Shown here: piece after piece, positions 41,189 to 52,242 of the stretch
Numbering within the stretch: position 1 is the stretch's first letter
How the letters are laid out: each line of letters starts with the position of its first letter
DNA from: a virus
Taxonomy: Duplodnaviria; Caudoviricetes
Virus record (IMG/VR): IMGVR_UViG_2873737359_000001
Coordinates: 113,487 to 177,486 of that record
DNA: 64,000 bases
Direction: 5' to 3' (one strand)
Notes under the pieces: generated by a model
Seen by the model: the letters and a program-made list of their open reading frames with translations, nothing else
The model's database searches: none
Told to the model about the DNA's origin: nothing
Program-made: the position numbers and the translations under genes

Positions 41189-41908
41189 TTGTACACTCTA
41201 AAAATTTCAGACGAAAATACAGTGACTACAACTGTAAAAGAAAAAATTGTAGAACGCAGTAATTATGTTGACAAAATTCAAATAATTGTAGATCGTTTGT
41301 ATCGAGAGCAAATTGATATGAGCAATGATACTACTGTATGGATGAAATACAAATTACCTATTACAAATAAGATTAAAATGACACAATTAGTAATTAATAA
41401 TTCAGCTTACGAAAATGATTATATTCAGTATCTTATTCCTGCGGACGCCTATCTTACAGCTGAGGCTGGAGATATCGAAGTATCATTCACATTTCTTAAA
41501 TTAATTCAAAATGAAGATGAATCTACTACTTCTTATATTCGTAAAACCACATCTGGTGTTATTCATATTTCTCCTCTTGCAGAATTTGACAAATATGAAC
41601 CTTCCGAAATGTTTGATGAAATCGATCAAAGACTTCTTATGCTAATTGCGAAACAGAAGGATCTTGAATCATTAAATAAATCTATTTATAACAATATGAT
41701 TAAGGATGTTCGATTAGATACAGAAAAAGAAAAGATTACACTTGTCAATAAAGAAGGCGAAGATACTGGAGACGGAATTCAAGTATCAGACCTATCTACA
41801 ATTGTATCCAAAGACCTTATTGGAAAAGATCCGGACGGAAATCAAGATGGCGTTATTGATTTGGATAAAGTTCCAGATCTTCAAAGCCTAGATTTATTAT
41901 TAAAATAA
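41189..41908 (+). CDS. Baseplate upper protein (BppU-like)
   Basis: LTAEAGDIEVSFTF motif; AAGGAGG RBS favours TTG 41189. Confidence 0.55.
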   Translation: MYTLKISDENTVTTTVKEKIVERSNYVDKIQIIVDRLYREQIDMSNDTTVWMKYKLPITNKIKMTQLVINNSAYENDYIQYLIPADAYLTAEAGDIEVSFTFLKLIQNEDESTTSYIRKTTSGVIHISPLAEFDKYEPSEMFDEIDQRLLMLIAKQKDLESLNKSIYNNMIKDVRLDTEKEKITLVNKEGEDTGDGIQVSDLSTIVSKDLIGKDPDGNQDGVIDLDKVPDLQSLDLLLK

Positions 41909-41920
41909 AAGGAGTATGCT

Positions 41921-44900
41921 ATGTCATTTAAAGATTCAAAGGAAAAAATAATTACGGCTAACTCAGCACAAATAGCATCTTTGACTGCTGACTTAGCCGA
42001 ATCCGTAGAAACAAATGATAATTATGAGACAGTTGATGGATACGACTATTATCCACAATATTCTGATAATAAATATTCTACGGTTGATAATAATAAAAAT
42101 ATAACTATGGACGCCACTCAAATTAATATCACACAAGAATCTAATAGTCAATTCATTCCATTTCAGATTCCAAGATATTATGATGGTATTGACCTTTCCA
42201 ATATGACTATTTGTATTCGATATGCAGATAGATTGAATGGTGATATTGTTGGAGAGTATCCAGTAATTAATGTAATTCGAAATGATACATATATTCGATT
42301 TGGATGGTTGATTGATGACAAATTGACACAAAATGCTGGTGATTATATTTTTGAAATACGTGCCACAGGACAAGTACCTGTATCTGATAATAAACTTGTT
42401 AATTATGCATGGAGTACAAGACCAAACGGTAAAATCAATGTATTACAAGGTATTAATATTAACGGGGCAATTGAACCATCTGATTCTGGATGGATGACGG
42501 CATTTGAAAAAAGAATTATTAACTATACAGAAGATGCTAAAAACGCAGCAAAACAGGCCGCTGCTTCTGCTTCAAGTGTGGATGTCGACAATATTGCAAA
42601 TTCGGTTATTAATAAAGTAACCGATAATTTTAATAAAACGTCTTCTTTAGAAAACTATTATACAAAAAGCGAAATCAATGATCAAAAATCCGGAATAGAT
42701 AATAGTCTTTCAAATATTAATTCGGAGATTAATAATGTAAAAGAATCTATACAAAATATTGATGGATTAGCCAACCTTGATGTCTCATATAACAAAGAAA
42801 ATCAGAAGCTTTCTTTATTATATAAAGATTCAAAGAAAGAAGTCGCCAATGCTATAATTGATATTGACAGTCTTTCAAAACTACAAGTAAGATATACAAC
42901 TTCTGATGGAAAAGGCGTATTAAGTTTTTATCAAGAAAATATTGAAGATCCAATTACATCTGTAGAATTAGGATCTATTGATCCATCTGCTGAATGGATA
43001 TCTTCACATATTACTCCGATTAGTAATAGTATTAATTCTATTCAAAAACAGCAGACAGAGGATGAAAAGAAAATCACAACACTGACATCTTCTGTAAAGG
43101 AAATAAAACGTGCCAATACAAATCGCGACAATAAGATTAAGACCAATGAAGATGCTATTTTGGAGATAAGAACATCTGTAAGCGAAATTCCACAACTCAA
43201 AGAAAGCGTATCTCAAGCAACAAATACGGTTGCAAATATGAAACAGACTGTTGACGGAAATAAAGAAGCCGTAGATACTTTAGGAACAAATTTTGATGAC
43301 TTAAAAAAAGAAGTCGATAAACTAAAAGAAAATCCGGCAGCTTCAGAATATGATGTAAATTATGAAGGAAGCACATTTTCATGGATTAAGGATGGAGAAG
43401 TGTTAAAAACATTTAAGATAGAAGGTGGCGGTGGACAGACTACTACTTCTACTTTAACCATAGAACGTATTACTCAGGCAGATGCTATTTTCTTATTGGG
43501 GAATAAAGCTATTATCGAATATACTTGGTCATCTGTGGATAATGTTGGTGATTCTACTGGAATAGGCACAGCGGTATGGAAAGTAGATAATACTACCGTA
43601 TCTACTTCAACCGTTGGACAAGGTAAAAATAGCATTGATCTTACTAATTATCTTAAAACAGGAACAAATTCTATCAGACTGTCTATTACCGATAGCGTTG
43701 GTACCTTATCAACAAAAACTTGGACAATCACTATTGTTGATTTCAAACTTGAAAGTTCTTTTGATGATACACTCTTCTATTCTGATGAAGTATCATTTAG
43801 GTATATTCCATATGGAAATATTAATAAAACAGTACATTTCATTCTTGATGGAAATGAATTAAGTTCTGTAAATACTTCTGCTTCCGGAAGACAGTTGTCT
43901 TATGTACTCACTAAGCAATCTCATGGTGCACATTCACTTAAAGTTTATATGACAGCTACTGTAAATAATCAAGATATCAAATCAGATACGATTATTAAAG
44001 ATGTTATTTGGGTAGACCCAGATGATAGAACTCCTATTATTGGATGTTCTATGCAGGAATTTACTGCAAAACAATATCATGCTACAAGTATTAATTATGT
44101 TGTATATGATCCGGACCACAACCCGGCAACCGTAAAATTATCAGTTGACGGAAATACAGTATCTACTCTTTCTGTAAATCGTACACAGCAGATCTGGAGT
44201 TATAAAGCAAGCACTGTTGGAAAACATGATTTAACAATTTCTTGTCGAAAAGTAACAAAGATACTTAAGGCTACTATTAAAAAACTGGATATTGATGTCG
44301 AGCCTATCACAGCAAACCTTGAGTTTGACTTTAATCCAGTAGGATTATCAAATAATGATGTGAATAGATTATGGAAAGATAGCAAACATCCAGAAGTCAC
44401 ACTTACTGTATCCGATAATTTTGACTGGACAAATGGTGGATATCAGATTGATGACAAGGGAGATCAGTATTTTTGTGTAAAAGCAGGAACAAAAGCCACC
44501 ATAAACTATAATTTGTTTGGGAAGGATCCTAAACAAACTGGTTCCGAATTTAAGATAATCTTTAAAACTAAAAATGTAAGAGACGCATCCGCAACATTTT
44601 TATCATGTATTTCTGCATCAGATGATAAGCCAGTTGGATTGGAAATGAATGTACATGAAGCGTATATCAAATCTTCTGTGGACAATCTATACTTCCCGTA
44701 CAGCGAAGAGGATGTCATCGAATATGAGTTTGATATTAATGCTCTTGATACTAAAAAAGCCACCACTTCTATAATAATGACATATGAAGATGGCTGTGGC
44801 GGAAGACCAATGATTTACGATAATACACATAGATTACATCAGTATACTCCAGTCCCTATCACCATTGGATCCGATGATTGCGATGTGTGTATCTATAGAA

Positions 44901-47900
44901 TAAAGGCATATTCTGCAGCTTTAACAGACTCTGATATATTAGCAAACTATATTGCCGACGCAAGAGATTCTGATGAAATGGTTGCTCGTTATGAACGGAA
45001 CCAGATATATGATGAAAATAATACTCTTACCCCGGATTCTGTAGCAAGAGCATGTCCTAATGTTAGAGTTATTAAAATTGAAGCTCCGTACTTTACAAAT
45101 GACAAAAAGGATTTTGTAAAAGGAACTTCTGTAGAATGTATCTATAAGAACGGTGATCCAAAATTAGATAATTGGAAATTCAATAATGCATATCATGCAG
45201 GACAAGGTACTACTTCAAATGAGTATGGATTTGCAGCAAGAAATATGGATTTAATTTGTTGTGCCGATGGTGTACATCAAATCAATAGCAAAATTCCTCT
45301 TGATACAGAATACAAAACAGAACTTATCCTTGGAGATGGAACAAAATATTCTGATGGTACTGGTAAAATTACATTAACACGTAACTCTGTGCCTAATAAC
45401 TGGCTTAATATTAAAACAAATGTAGCTAGTTCTGAAATGTCTAATAATGCTCTTCTGCAAAAAAGATATAATGATTATCTTCCATACTCTACTCCTGCTT
45501 CTCGTAGAGACCCAAAGATTAAAAATAGTATGGAGTTTGTAAATTGTGTTGTTTTCTTAAGAGAGACTAATGCAGATATATCTACACATAGAGAATTTTC
45601 AGATAACGAATGGCATTTTTATAGTCTGGGAAATATTGGAGATTCTAAAAAAGCGGATGTGACCAGAGCTTATGATCCAGATGATATGAACGAATTTTGT
45701 ATTGAAATCTCTGATAACACTCTTCCAAACTCTGCATTCCAGACAGGAGTAATGGATCCTGATGGAACAATGAAATATCCTATTTCTAAAGAAGAATGGA
45801 AAACAGGGAATACTGCATATGATAATCTTTATAATAATTGGGACGGATCATTTGAGTTTAGATATGATTGTTGTGGAGACACAAAGGATGGATCTGCCAT
45901 TTCTACCGACGCAGAAAAAGAAAAAATCCGTACAAAGAATCGTCAGATATGGAGAGATTTTTATGAATTTGTAATTACTTCTTCAGATGATGATTTCAAA
46001 GCACATATTAGTGACTGGATGATTAAAGATGCTCTTTTATATATGTATCTGTTCACTCTTAGATATACTATGATTGATAATAGAGCTAAGAATATATTCC
46101 CACATTGGGCTAAACATTATATTTCTCAAACAGAAGCTTCTACCTTAGGTGAGAAAGCAAAATATTATATAATAAACGATTCTGCGGCAGCTATAAATAA
46201 TGGTTATAGATTTGATTTTTGGGATTATGATAATGACACAGGTTTAGGCATTAATAACTCAGGAGAGTTAACAATGTCATATGGCAAAGAAGATACTGAT
46301 TATAAGACAGATGGCGATCCGAATTCAGGGTATATCTTTAATGCAGCTGAAAGTGTAATATGGTGTAGAACCAGAAAATTAATGAAATCAGATCTCCGTA
46401 AAATGTATCAATCACTTCCACAAAATTGTTTTAGCGCAGAACATCTTATTAATGAATTTGATGCTTGGCAGAATCAATTCCCAGAAGAACTTTGGAGATT
46501 ACATTTTGAAAGACTATATTTTAGAACTTATGAAGGAGTTACACTGCCTGGTAAAACAGAAGTAACAAAAACAGACCGATTCCTTAAAGAAATGATGAAC
46601 GGTAAGAAAAAATACCAGCGTAGACAATGGGAACGTGATCAGCATTTCTATATGGGAAGCAAATTTATACATACCGATATTACTTCTGACCAGATTATGT
46701 TTAGATGTAACACTCCAAAAGATGCTGTAGTAAAACCGGATTATACATTAAAGATTGTGCCGTATTCTGACATGTATGTATCGGTATTATATGGCAACTC
46801 TTCTGATGTTACTCAGGTACGTGCTAAAGCCGGACAAGAATATGAATTAAAAACTAATCTTACAAACATGGATGATACTGCAATTCTTATTTATGGCGCA
46901 TCCAGAATTCAGGCACTTAATGACTTGTCTGCATGCTACATCCATGATAATGACTTCTCTAAAGCTTCTAAATTAAAGACTCTTATTATAGGAAACAATA
47001 CTGAGGGATATCAAAACTCATTCTTAACAAATCTTAATATGGGCAATAATACTTTGCTCGATACTCTTGATATTCGGAATTGTCCAAATCTTACAGGAAC
47101 TATTAATTTATCAGCCTGTGAAAATCTTATAAGTCTTTATGCAGATGGAACTATCGTGACATCTGTATCATTTGCAAATCATGGAAAGATTACACATGTA
47201 CATCTTCCGGAGACAATTAATAATCTAACATTCCAGAATCTTAAAAATCTTACAGATTTTAATATCGCATCATATAAGAATCTCGAAAAATTCATATGTG
47301 AGTCGTCCACATTTGACGCATTTAGTGTTGTTAAAGCGGCAATCGATACTCTTAAATCTGTTAGAATCACAGATATCAATTGGAATCTTGAAAACACAGA
47401 TTTACTTAAAAAGTTAGCGAAGTTAATTGGCGAAGATGAAAATGGTTCTACTACAGATCATTCTGTTCTTACTGGTCAGATTCATGTTCCGGTAATCAGA
47501 GCGCAGGAGCTAAAAGAATTTATTGGTACGGAAGAAGAAAGAGGAATTTGGCCAGATCTTGAAATTACTTATGATTCTATGATTGAACAGTTTACTCTTA
47601 CTTTTATAAATGATAATGAGGAACATACAGTACTCGAAGTGCAATATGTTGATAAAGGTGCAGATGGAACAGATCCTGTTACACGAAAAGAAAATCCAAT
47701 AGCAACTCCTACAAAAGCAAGTACGCAAAAGGAAGACTTTACTTATAAAGGATGGGATGGATCACTTGAAAAAGTGTTCTCTAATCGTATTATTACGGCA
47801 GTATATACGAGTACAGTCCGCAAATATACAATTAAATATTGCTCAAAAGGTTATGATGGACCACTTTATACAGTAAGTGCACCTTATGGTACTATTGCTG

Positions 47901-49288
47901 AATATAAAGGAGACGTTGAAATTCCTATTTATACGGGTGAAGAGTCTGCGTATAAATTCTACTTATTTAAAGAATGGGACAATTCAGGATATGTAACCAG
48001 AAACAAAACTATCAATGCTATATTCGACACCTGCGAATATCGAGATGGATACTTCAATGATAAAGATTTAAATAATCTTTCTGAAGTTGAGCTGTATGCT
48101 TTAATGAAGATGGGATTAGACGCATCATTCTTAGATGATAAAGATTATATGAATTTTACACTTGGAAATGATTGCAGTTTCGAAGATATTACAGAGCATG
48201 TAGTTATTAATACTCCGAAAGAATTTGATGGTACAAATTATGTTGACACAGGACTGAAATTATTTGAAAAAGATAAGAGTTTTACATTAGCTCTTGATTA
48301 TGTATTCTCATCAAATAATTCTAATAATGCTACTCTCGCTCAGTGTTTCCAGGGTGATGGTTCAAATGGATTTAAACTATCCTATAATTCAGGAGTGCAA
48401 CTTAAATGGGGAACCACAAATGCCAATCCGTCATCAACAGACCAAAGAGAAATCATAGTATTAAGACATATTGCAGGAGAAGAAAAACTGTATCTTTATT
48501 CTTCTAATGCTGCAAATAATAATGTTGCCGCTACTACTCTTTCTGCAATTCGAAGCCCGGAACATGAATATACATTTGTACTTGGATGTGAAAAATCTGA
48601 TGTTGGTGCTTATTTGAGATATGCAAAAGGCACAGTATATTGGTGTAAAATTTGGGACGCAGATCTTGGCGACGAAAAATGCCAAGAACTTGCTGCTTGG
48701 GTTCATGAAACAATTCCAATGGAAGTTGCTAAATATGGTGATACTCAGGAATATTATCTTTCTGATGGATCTTCTAAACAGGCAAACATTACTTTCTTAG
48801 CAAAGAATCTTCTTGGTACAAGTAAGGGATACGGGGCAAGAAGTGGTGGATGGGCTACATCTACTATGAATAAATGGCTTAATACCAGACTTCCAAAAGC
48901 AATTTCACCATTATGGAAATCTCTTATCAAAGAAGTAAAAGTTAAATCATTCAATGGAGATAAAGCAAATACAATCACGGAATCCAATTGCAAATTCTAC
49001 ATCCCATCAATTTATGAAGTTGACAACAATTATAATCGCGAACCTTATAATGGAGAGACTGATAATACAATCAGTTATATGGTTTCTGATGAAAATCGTA
49101 AACGTGCGAAAGTCACTACACCAAATAAATATGAGGCATATTATACAAGAACTCCAAATGCGGAACAGTTTGGAACAGATTATGTCAAAACTGTAGCTGA
49201 TGATGGTAACACACAGAATAGTTTTATTTGGCCGTCAAGTGATGCGGGAGTGCTTCTTATGTTCTCTGTTTTTGCAGATAGATTATAA
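41921..49288 (+). CDS. Giant multidomain tail/receptor-binding protein (BppU-like N-terminus, coiled coil, CotH-kinase-like region, LRRs, LamG-like and DUF6273-like C-terminus)
   Basis: PRYYDGIDLS N-terminus; GQGTTS, IDNRAKN and WDYDNDT motifs; LDIRNCPNL LRRs; GGWATSTMNKWLN and YYTRTP C-terminal motifs. Confidence 0.75.
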   Translation: MSFKDSKEKIITANSAQIASLTADLAESVETNDNYETVDGYDYYPQYSDNKYSTVDNNKNITMDATQINITQESNSQFIPFQIPRYYDGIDLSNMTICIRYADRLNGDIVGEYPVINVIRNDTYIRFGWLIDDKLTQNAGDYIFEIRATGQVPVSDNKLVNYAWSTRPNGKINVLQGININGAIEPSDSGWMTAFEKRIINYTEDAKNAAKQAAASASSVDVDNIANSVINKVTDNFNKTSSLENYYTKSEINDQKSGIDNSLSNINSEINNVKESIQNIDGLANLDVSYNKENQKLSLLYKDSKKEVANAIIDIDSLSKLQVRYTTSDGKGVLSFYQENIEDPITSVELGSIDPSAEWISSHITPISNSINSIQKQQTEDEKKITTLTSSVKEIKRANTNRDNKIKTNEDAILEIRTSVSEIPQLKESVSQATNTVANMKQTVDGNKEAVDTLGTNFDDLKKEVDKLKENPAASEYDVNYEGSTFSWIKDGEVLKTFKIEGGGGQTTTSTLTIERITQADAIFLLGNKAIIEYTWSSVDNVGDSTGIGTAVWKVDNTTVSTSTVGQGKNSIDLTNYLKTGTNSIRLSITDSVGTLSTKTWTITIVDFKLESSFDDTLFYSDEVSFRYIPYGNINKTVHFILDGNELSSVNTSASGRQLSYVLTKQSHGAHSLKVYMTATVNNQDIKSDTIIKDVIWVDPDDRTPIIGCSMQEFTAKQYHATSINYVVYDPDHNPATVKLSVDGNTVSTLSVNRTQQIWSYKASTVGKHDLTISCRKVTKILKATIKKLDIDVEPITANLEFDFNPVGLSNNDVNRLWKDSKHPEVTLTVSDNFDWTNGGYQIDDKGDQYFCVKAGTKATINYNLFGKDPKQTGSEFKIIFKTKNVRDASATFLSCISASDDKPVGLEMNVHEAYIKSSVDNLYFPYSEEDVIEYEFDINALDTKKATTSIIMTYEDGCGGRPMIYDNTHRLHQYTPVPITIGSDDCDVCIYRIKAYSAALTDSDILANYIADARDSDEMVARYERNQIYDENNTLTPDSVARACPNVRVIKIEAPYFTNDKKDFVKGTSVECIYKNGDPKLDNWKFNNAYHAGQGTTSNEYGFAARNMDLICCADGVHQINSKIPLDTEYKTELILGDGTKYSDGTGKITLTRNSVPNNWLNIKTNVASSEMSNNALLQKRYNDYLPYSTPASRRDPKIKNSMEFVNCVVFLRETNADISTHREFSDNEWHFYSLGNIGDSKKADVTRAYDPDDMNEFCIEISDNTLPNSAFQTGVMDPDGTMKYPISKEEWKTGNTAYDNLYNNWDGSFEFRYDCCGDTKDGSAISTDAEKEKIRTKNRQIWRDFYEFVITSSDDDFKAHISDWMIKDALLYMYLFTLRYTMIDNRAKNIFPHWAKHYISQTEASTLGEKAKYYIINDSAAAINNGYRFDFWDYDNDTGLGINNSGELTMSYGKEDTDYKTDGDPNSGYIFNAAESVIWCRTRKLMKSDLRKMYQSLPQNCFSAEHLINEFDAWQNQFPEELWRLHFERLYFRTYEGVTLPGKTEVTKTDRFLKEMMNGKKKYQRRQWERDQHFYMGSKFIHTDITSDQIMFRCNTPKDAVVKPDYTLKIVPYSDMYVSVLYGNSSDVTQVRAKAGQEYELKTNLTNMDDTAILIYGASRIQALNDLSACYIHDNDFSKASKLKTLIIGNNTEGYQNSFLTNLNMGNNTLLDTLDIRNCPNLTGTINLSACENLISLYADGTIVTSVSFANHGKITHVHLPETINNLTFQNLKNLTDFNIASYKNLEKFICESSTFDAFSVVKAAIDTLKSVRITDINWNLENTDLLKKLAKLIGEDENGSTTDHSVLTGQIHVPVIRAQELKEFIGTEEERGIWPDLEITYDSMIEQFTLTFINDNEEHTVLEVQYVDKGADGTDPVTRKENPIATPTKASTQKEDFTYKGWDGSLEKVFSNRIITAVYTSTVRKYTIKYCSKGYDGPLYTVSAPYGTIAEYKGDVEIPIYTGEESAYKFYLFKEWDNSGYVTRNKTINAIFDTCEYRDGYFNDKDLNNLSEVELYALMKMGLDASFLDDKDYMNFTLGNDCSFEDITEHVVINTPKEFDGTNYVDTGLKLFEKDKSFTLALDYVFSSNNSNNATLAQCFQGDGSNGFKLSYNSGVQLKWGTTNANPSSTDQREIIVLRHIAGEEKLYLYSSNAANNNVAATTLSAIRSPEHEYTFVLGCEKSDVGAYLRYAKGTVYWCKIWDADLGDEKCQELAAWVHETIPMEVAKYGDTQEYYLSDGSSKQANITFLAKNLLGTSKGYGARSGGWATSTMNKWLNTRLPKAISPLWKSLIKEVKVKSFNGDKANTITESNCKFYIPSIYEVDNNYNREPYNGETDNTISYMVSDENRKRAKVTTPNKYEAYYTRTPNAEQFGTDYVKTVADDGNTQNSFIWPSSDAGVLLMFSVFADRL

Positions 49289-49342
49289 AATAAGGAAGGG
49301 ATATTTATTATCTCTTCCTACAAATAAAAAAGGTGATGTCAA

Positions 49343-49588
49343 ATGTATTATAAAGTAATAAAAGATAATAAGGTGGTTGATGTATTATCTCATATCAGCT
49401 ATGTTAAGTATCAAAAAAAACATGATATCTTATTATTATGTAATATAAAAGAAGCGCAAGCTGTATTAAGTTCTGATGGGAAACGTGGTTGGCACATCGA
49501 AGGATTATTCAATTTCCCATTAGATAATACAGTTTGCGAAATAAGTGAAATAACCAAAAAAGAATATGATGATTTAAAAGCGAGGTGA
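49343..49588 (+). CDS. Small tail-associated protein
   Basis: MYYKVIKDNKVVD...EITKKEYDDL; AGGTG RBS. Confidence 0.65.
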   Translation: MYYKVIKDNKVVDVLSHISYVKYQKKHDILLLCNIKEAQAVLSSDGKRGWHIEGLFNFPLDNTVCEISEITKKEYDDLKAR

Positions 49589-49596
49589 CAAACAAA

Positions 49597-50469
49597 ATGG
49601 CTCTATTACCAAATTGGTTTTCGGCCTCAACAAAAGCTATTGCTGAAAAGGCTCTTGATAGAGGGGTTTTAAAATATCCAGGCATGTGCTATATAGAAGA
49701 AACAAAAGAATTAGCCTGGATCACGCAAGACAATCAAATCAAATATATACTCGGAGATAACCAAATTACAAATGTTAAATTTGTTGGATCAAATCTCATG
49801 TTTTATTCTGGCACTACTCTTCTATTTTCTTATGATATGAGTCTTACTGAAGAGGACCAGGCGCACATCATCGAAGAAGTTAAAAAGTCTATTGGTCTTG
49901 ACCAATATATAAAGACTTCAGATATGACAACTCTTTTAGACAATATCATAGGCAATCTCGAAGACAAGTCAACAGTTGTTGATTATATCAATAGTCTTTC
50001 TTACAATAAACTATCTGATAAGCCAATCGAAAATATGATTGGTACATTAAATGCTCCAGTTTATATTTCATCTCTTGAAGATGGTATATATAAAATAAAA
50101 GGCCAATATATTATTGGCGGCTCTAACACTACTGTCAATTCATCCCCAAATGATATCTTATTCTTCGTTTCTCACGATCCCGAAATTAATAATAAAATAA
50201 CAGTTACGAAAATTGAAGGAACTTCTATAGTCCTTTACTTTTTAGATTCTGATGGAACATTTCGGACGGACAAATACATTACAGAAGGATGGATTAATGA
50301 TCAGAATTTTATGAGCGCAGATTCTGTAAAAGAATATGTTAATCAGACAATTACAGAAACTGTTGCGGAAATTATTGACCAACAATTAGATATAAAACTT
50401 GACAGTGCGTTAGATAAAAAAATCAGTGGTATATCCACTGAGGATCTAAATAATATTTTTTCAAATTAA
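49597..50469 (+). CDS. Hypothetical tail protein
   Basis: GAGGTG RBS, operon position. Confidence 0.65.
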   Translation: MALLPNWFSASTKAIAEKALDRGVLKYPGMCYIEETKELAWITQDNQIKYILGDNQITNVKFVGSNLMFYSGTTLLFSYDMSLTEEDQAHIIEEVKKSIGLDQYIKTSDMTTLLDNIIGNLEDKSTVVDYINSLSYNKLSDKPIENMIGTLNAPVYISSLEDGIYKIKGQYIIGGSNTTVNSSPNDILFFVSHDPEINNKITVTKIEGTSIVLYFLDSDGTFRTDKYITEGWINDQNFMSADSVKEYVNQTITETVAEIIDQQLDIKLDSALDKKISGISTEDLNNIFSN

Positions 50470-50484
50470 AGGAGGAAGCTTATT

Positions 50485-51558
50485 ATGGCTAAATTACAAT
50501 TCGCTACACTTTCTAATCTTACTGAGTTCCTGTCACTTCACAATGTTCAGATTGATGCAAAAATTTCTGATGCAGTAAAAAGTTCTATTAAAACTGTATC
50601 CCAGTCTTCAGACGGATACACACTGTATTTCTACACAAAAACTGCTCCTGTAACAGTTGATGATGCTGTATTCACAATTACTCTTCCAAAAGACAAAGCA
50701 AAAGCAGACAAGGTAACTGGTGCTGTTAATGGACATCTTGCAGGATTGGATGCAAATGGAAATCTTGTAGATTCTGGTAAATCAGTGACAGATTTTGATA
50801 TTGCCGGAGCCGCTGCTACTGCCAAAACAGAAGTAATGGCATATGTTGGTACTATTCCGACCGGTGCAAAAGCTAAAGATGTAGTTGCATATATCAAAGA
50901 AGCTGTACAGGCTGGGACATATGATGATTCCGCATTAAAAGCAAGTGTTTCTCAAAATACAACAGCGATTGAAACACTTAATGGCACAGGCGATGGTTCT
51001 GTAAAGAAAGCAGTTGCAGATGCAGTAACTTCTATTATTGCAGGCGCACCAGAAAGCAGAGACACATTTAAAGAACTTTCAGATTGGATTGATTCTCATG
51101 CATCTGATGCGGCAACAATGAATAGTCAAATTAAGACAAACAAAGAAGATATTACAAAACTGAAAACATTAATCGGTACTCTCCCGGACACAGCAACATC
51201 TAAAGATATTGTAAGCTACATTGCTGAATATGTATCTAAAGCGCTTGCTGATTCTGATCTAAGTCAGTATGCAAAAGCAGATGATCTGAAAGCTGCTGTT
51301 GGTAGAATTGATGCTCTTGAGAAAAAGATCCCAACACTGGAAACTGCAGATAAAACAAATGCCGACAATATTACTGCTGTCTCAGGCAGAGTAACAACTG
51401 TTGAAGGTAAAGTCAAAACACTTGAAAACGATATGGCAACCGAAAAACCAAAGATCGCAGCTAATGCTACTGCTATTAAAGGATTGAAGGATCTTGTCGG
51501 AGATGGATACGAAGCAATTCCATCCGAAAAGATTAAAGCTCTTTTCGCAACTGAATAA
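50485..51558 (+). CDS. Tail fibre-like coiled-coil protein
   Basis: GDGSVKKAVADAV...APESRDTFKELSDWI motif common in phage fibre proteins. Confidence 0.65.
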   Translation: MAKLQFATLSNLTEFLSLHNVQIDAKISDAVKSSIKTVSQSSDGYTLYFYTKTAPVTVDDAVFTITLPKDKAKADKVTGAVNGHLAGLDANGNLVDSGKSVTDFDIAGAAATAKTEVMAYVGTIPTGAKAKDVVAYIKEAVQAGTYDDSALKASVSQNTTAIETLNGTGDGSVKKAVADAVTSIIAGAPESRDTFKELSDWIDSHASDAATMNSQIKTNKEDITKLKTLIGTLPDTATSKDIVSYIAEYVSKALADSDLSQYAKADDLKAAVGRIDALEKKIPTLETADKTNADNITAVSGRVTTVEGKVKTLENDMATEKPKIAANATAIKGLKDLVGDGYEAIPSEKIKALFATE

Positions 51559-51566
51559 TTCATCAT

Positions 51567-51773
51567 TTATTCTTTTATTAGCTCAATCACATCTGTTAAT
51601 TCTAAATTATACGCATTACATATCGCAATAACAGCATTAAGATGAACTGGTTCGTTATTCTTCATTTTAAGTAAGGTGTTTCTACTAACACCACTCTTTT
51701 TTGATGCCGATAGCATAGATATGTTATTTTTAAAGAAATATAAAAATAATTTTTCATAAGAAACTCTCATCAA
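51567..51773 (-). CDS. XRE/Cro-family HTH regulator
   Basis: VSYEKL...SGVSRNTLLKMKNNEPV...ICNAYNLELTDVIE pattern (HTH_26-like). Confidence 0.75.
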   Translation of the reverse strand: MMRVSYEKLFLYFFKNNISMLSASKKSGVSRNTLLKMKNNEPVHLNAVIAICNAYNLELTDVIELIKE

Positions 51774-51876
51774 CTATCACCTCACTATTATCACTTCTAT
51801 TATCTCATTATATCATATTATTCAATTTGAATGTTGTTGATATTTTGTGCTAACTGCTCATATATTAAACATATTG

Positions 51877-51905
51877 TTGACATTCTGAGCATGTTCATTT
51901 ATAAT
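51877..51905 (+). promoter_or_regulatory. Consensus sigmaA promoter of the tubR-tubZ-rep operon
   Basis: TTGACA (51877-82), 17 bp, TATAAT (51900-05). Confidence 0.85.
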
Positions 51906-51910
51906 TCAAG

Positions 51911-52010
51911 TAGGAACTCTTACGAAACTATAAGAACTAATGTGAATTTTTAGGAAGAGGTGAGAAATTTTGAGAACTGATAGGAACTCCAAAGAACTCA
52001 GTAGAATTGA
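51911..52010 (+). repeat. Ten tandem 10-bp repeats (consensus TRNGAACTNN); candidate tubC centromere/operator
   Basis: GAA occupies positions 4-6 in ten consecutive 10-mers. Confidence 0.75.
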
Positions 52011-52242
52011 TTACTTAATTTTATCAACACTATTAAGTAATAATGCTACATCTGCCATGGTCGGATTGACTATCAAAGAATTAGAAATCACGGATGTAAC
52101 CAGAACCACTATCTGGAAGCATATTAAATTTATGATTAATAATGGTTTGATATGTCAATCCGGGACTAATGGTAGAGAAAAAATGTATTATATTACTCAA
52201 AATGGCATTAAAGTAATCGGAGGAGATCATGATGAAAAATAA
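51970..52242 (+). CDS. tubR: Winged-HTH DNA-binding protein, TubR-like adaptor
   Basis: TRTTIWKHIKFMINNGLI...MYYITQNG winged helix; directly upstream of and overlapping the tubulin gene. Confidence 0.6.
   Translation: MRTDRNSKELSRIDYLILSTLLSNNATSAMVGLTIKELEITDVTRTTIWKHIKFMINNGLICQSGTNGREKMYYITQNGIKVIGGDHDEK

Noticed and set aside
49130-49330. Diversity-generating retroelement target at the C-terminus of the giant tail protein
   Set aside because: The domain type and downstream hairpin are compatible, but I saw no template repeat or reverse transcriptase in this window. It cannot be excluded elsewhere in the genome.
51911-52010. CRISPR array
   Set aside because: Degenerate 10-bp units with no spacers. 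No CRISPR-like repeat-spacer pattern was seen anywhere in the window.
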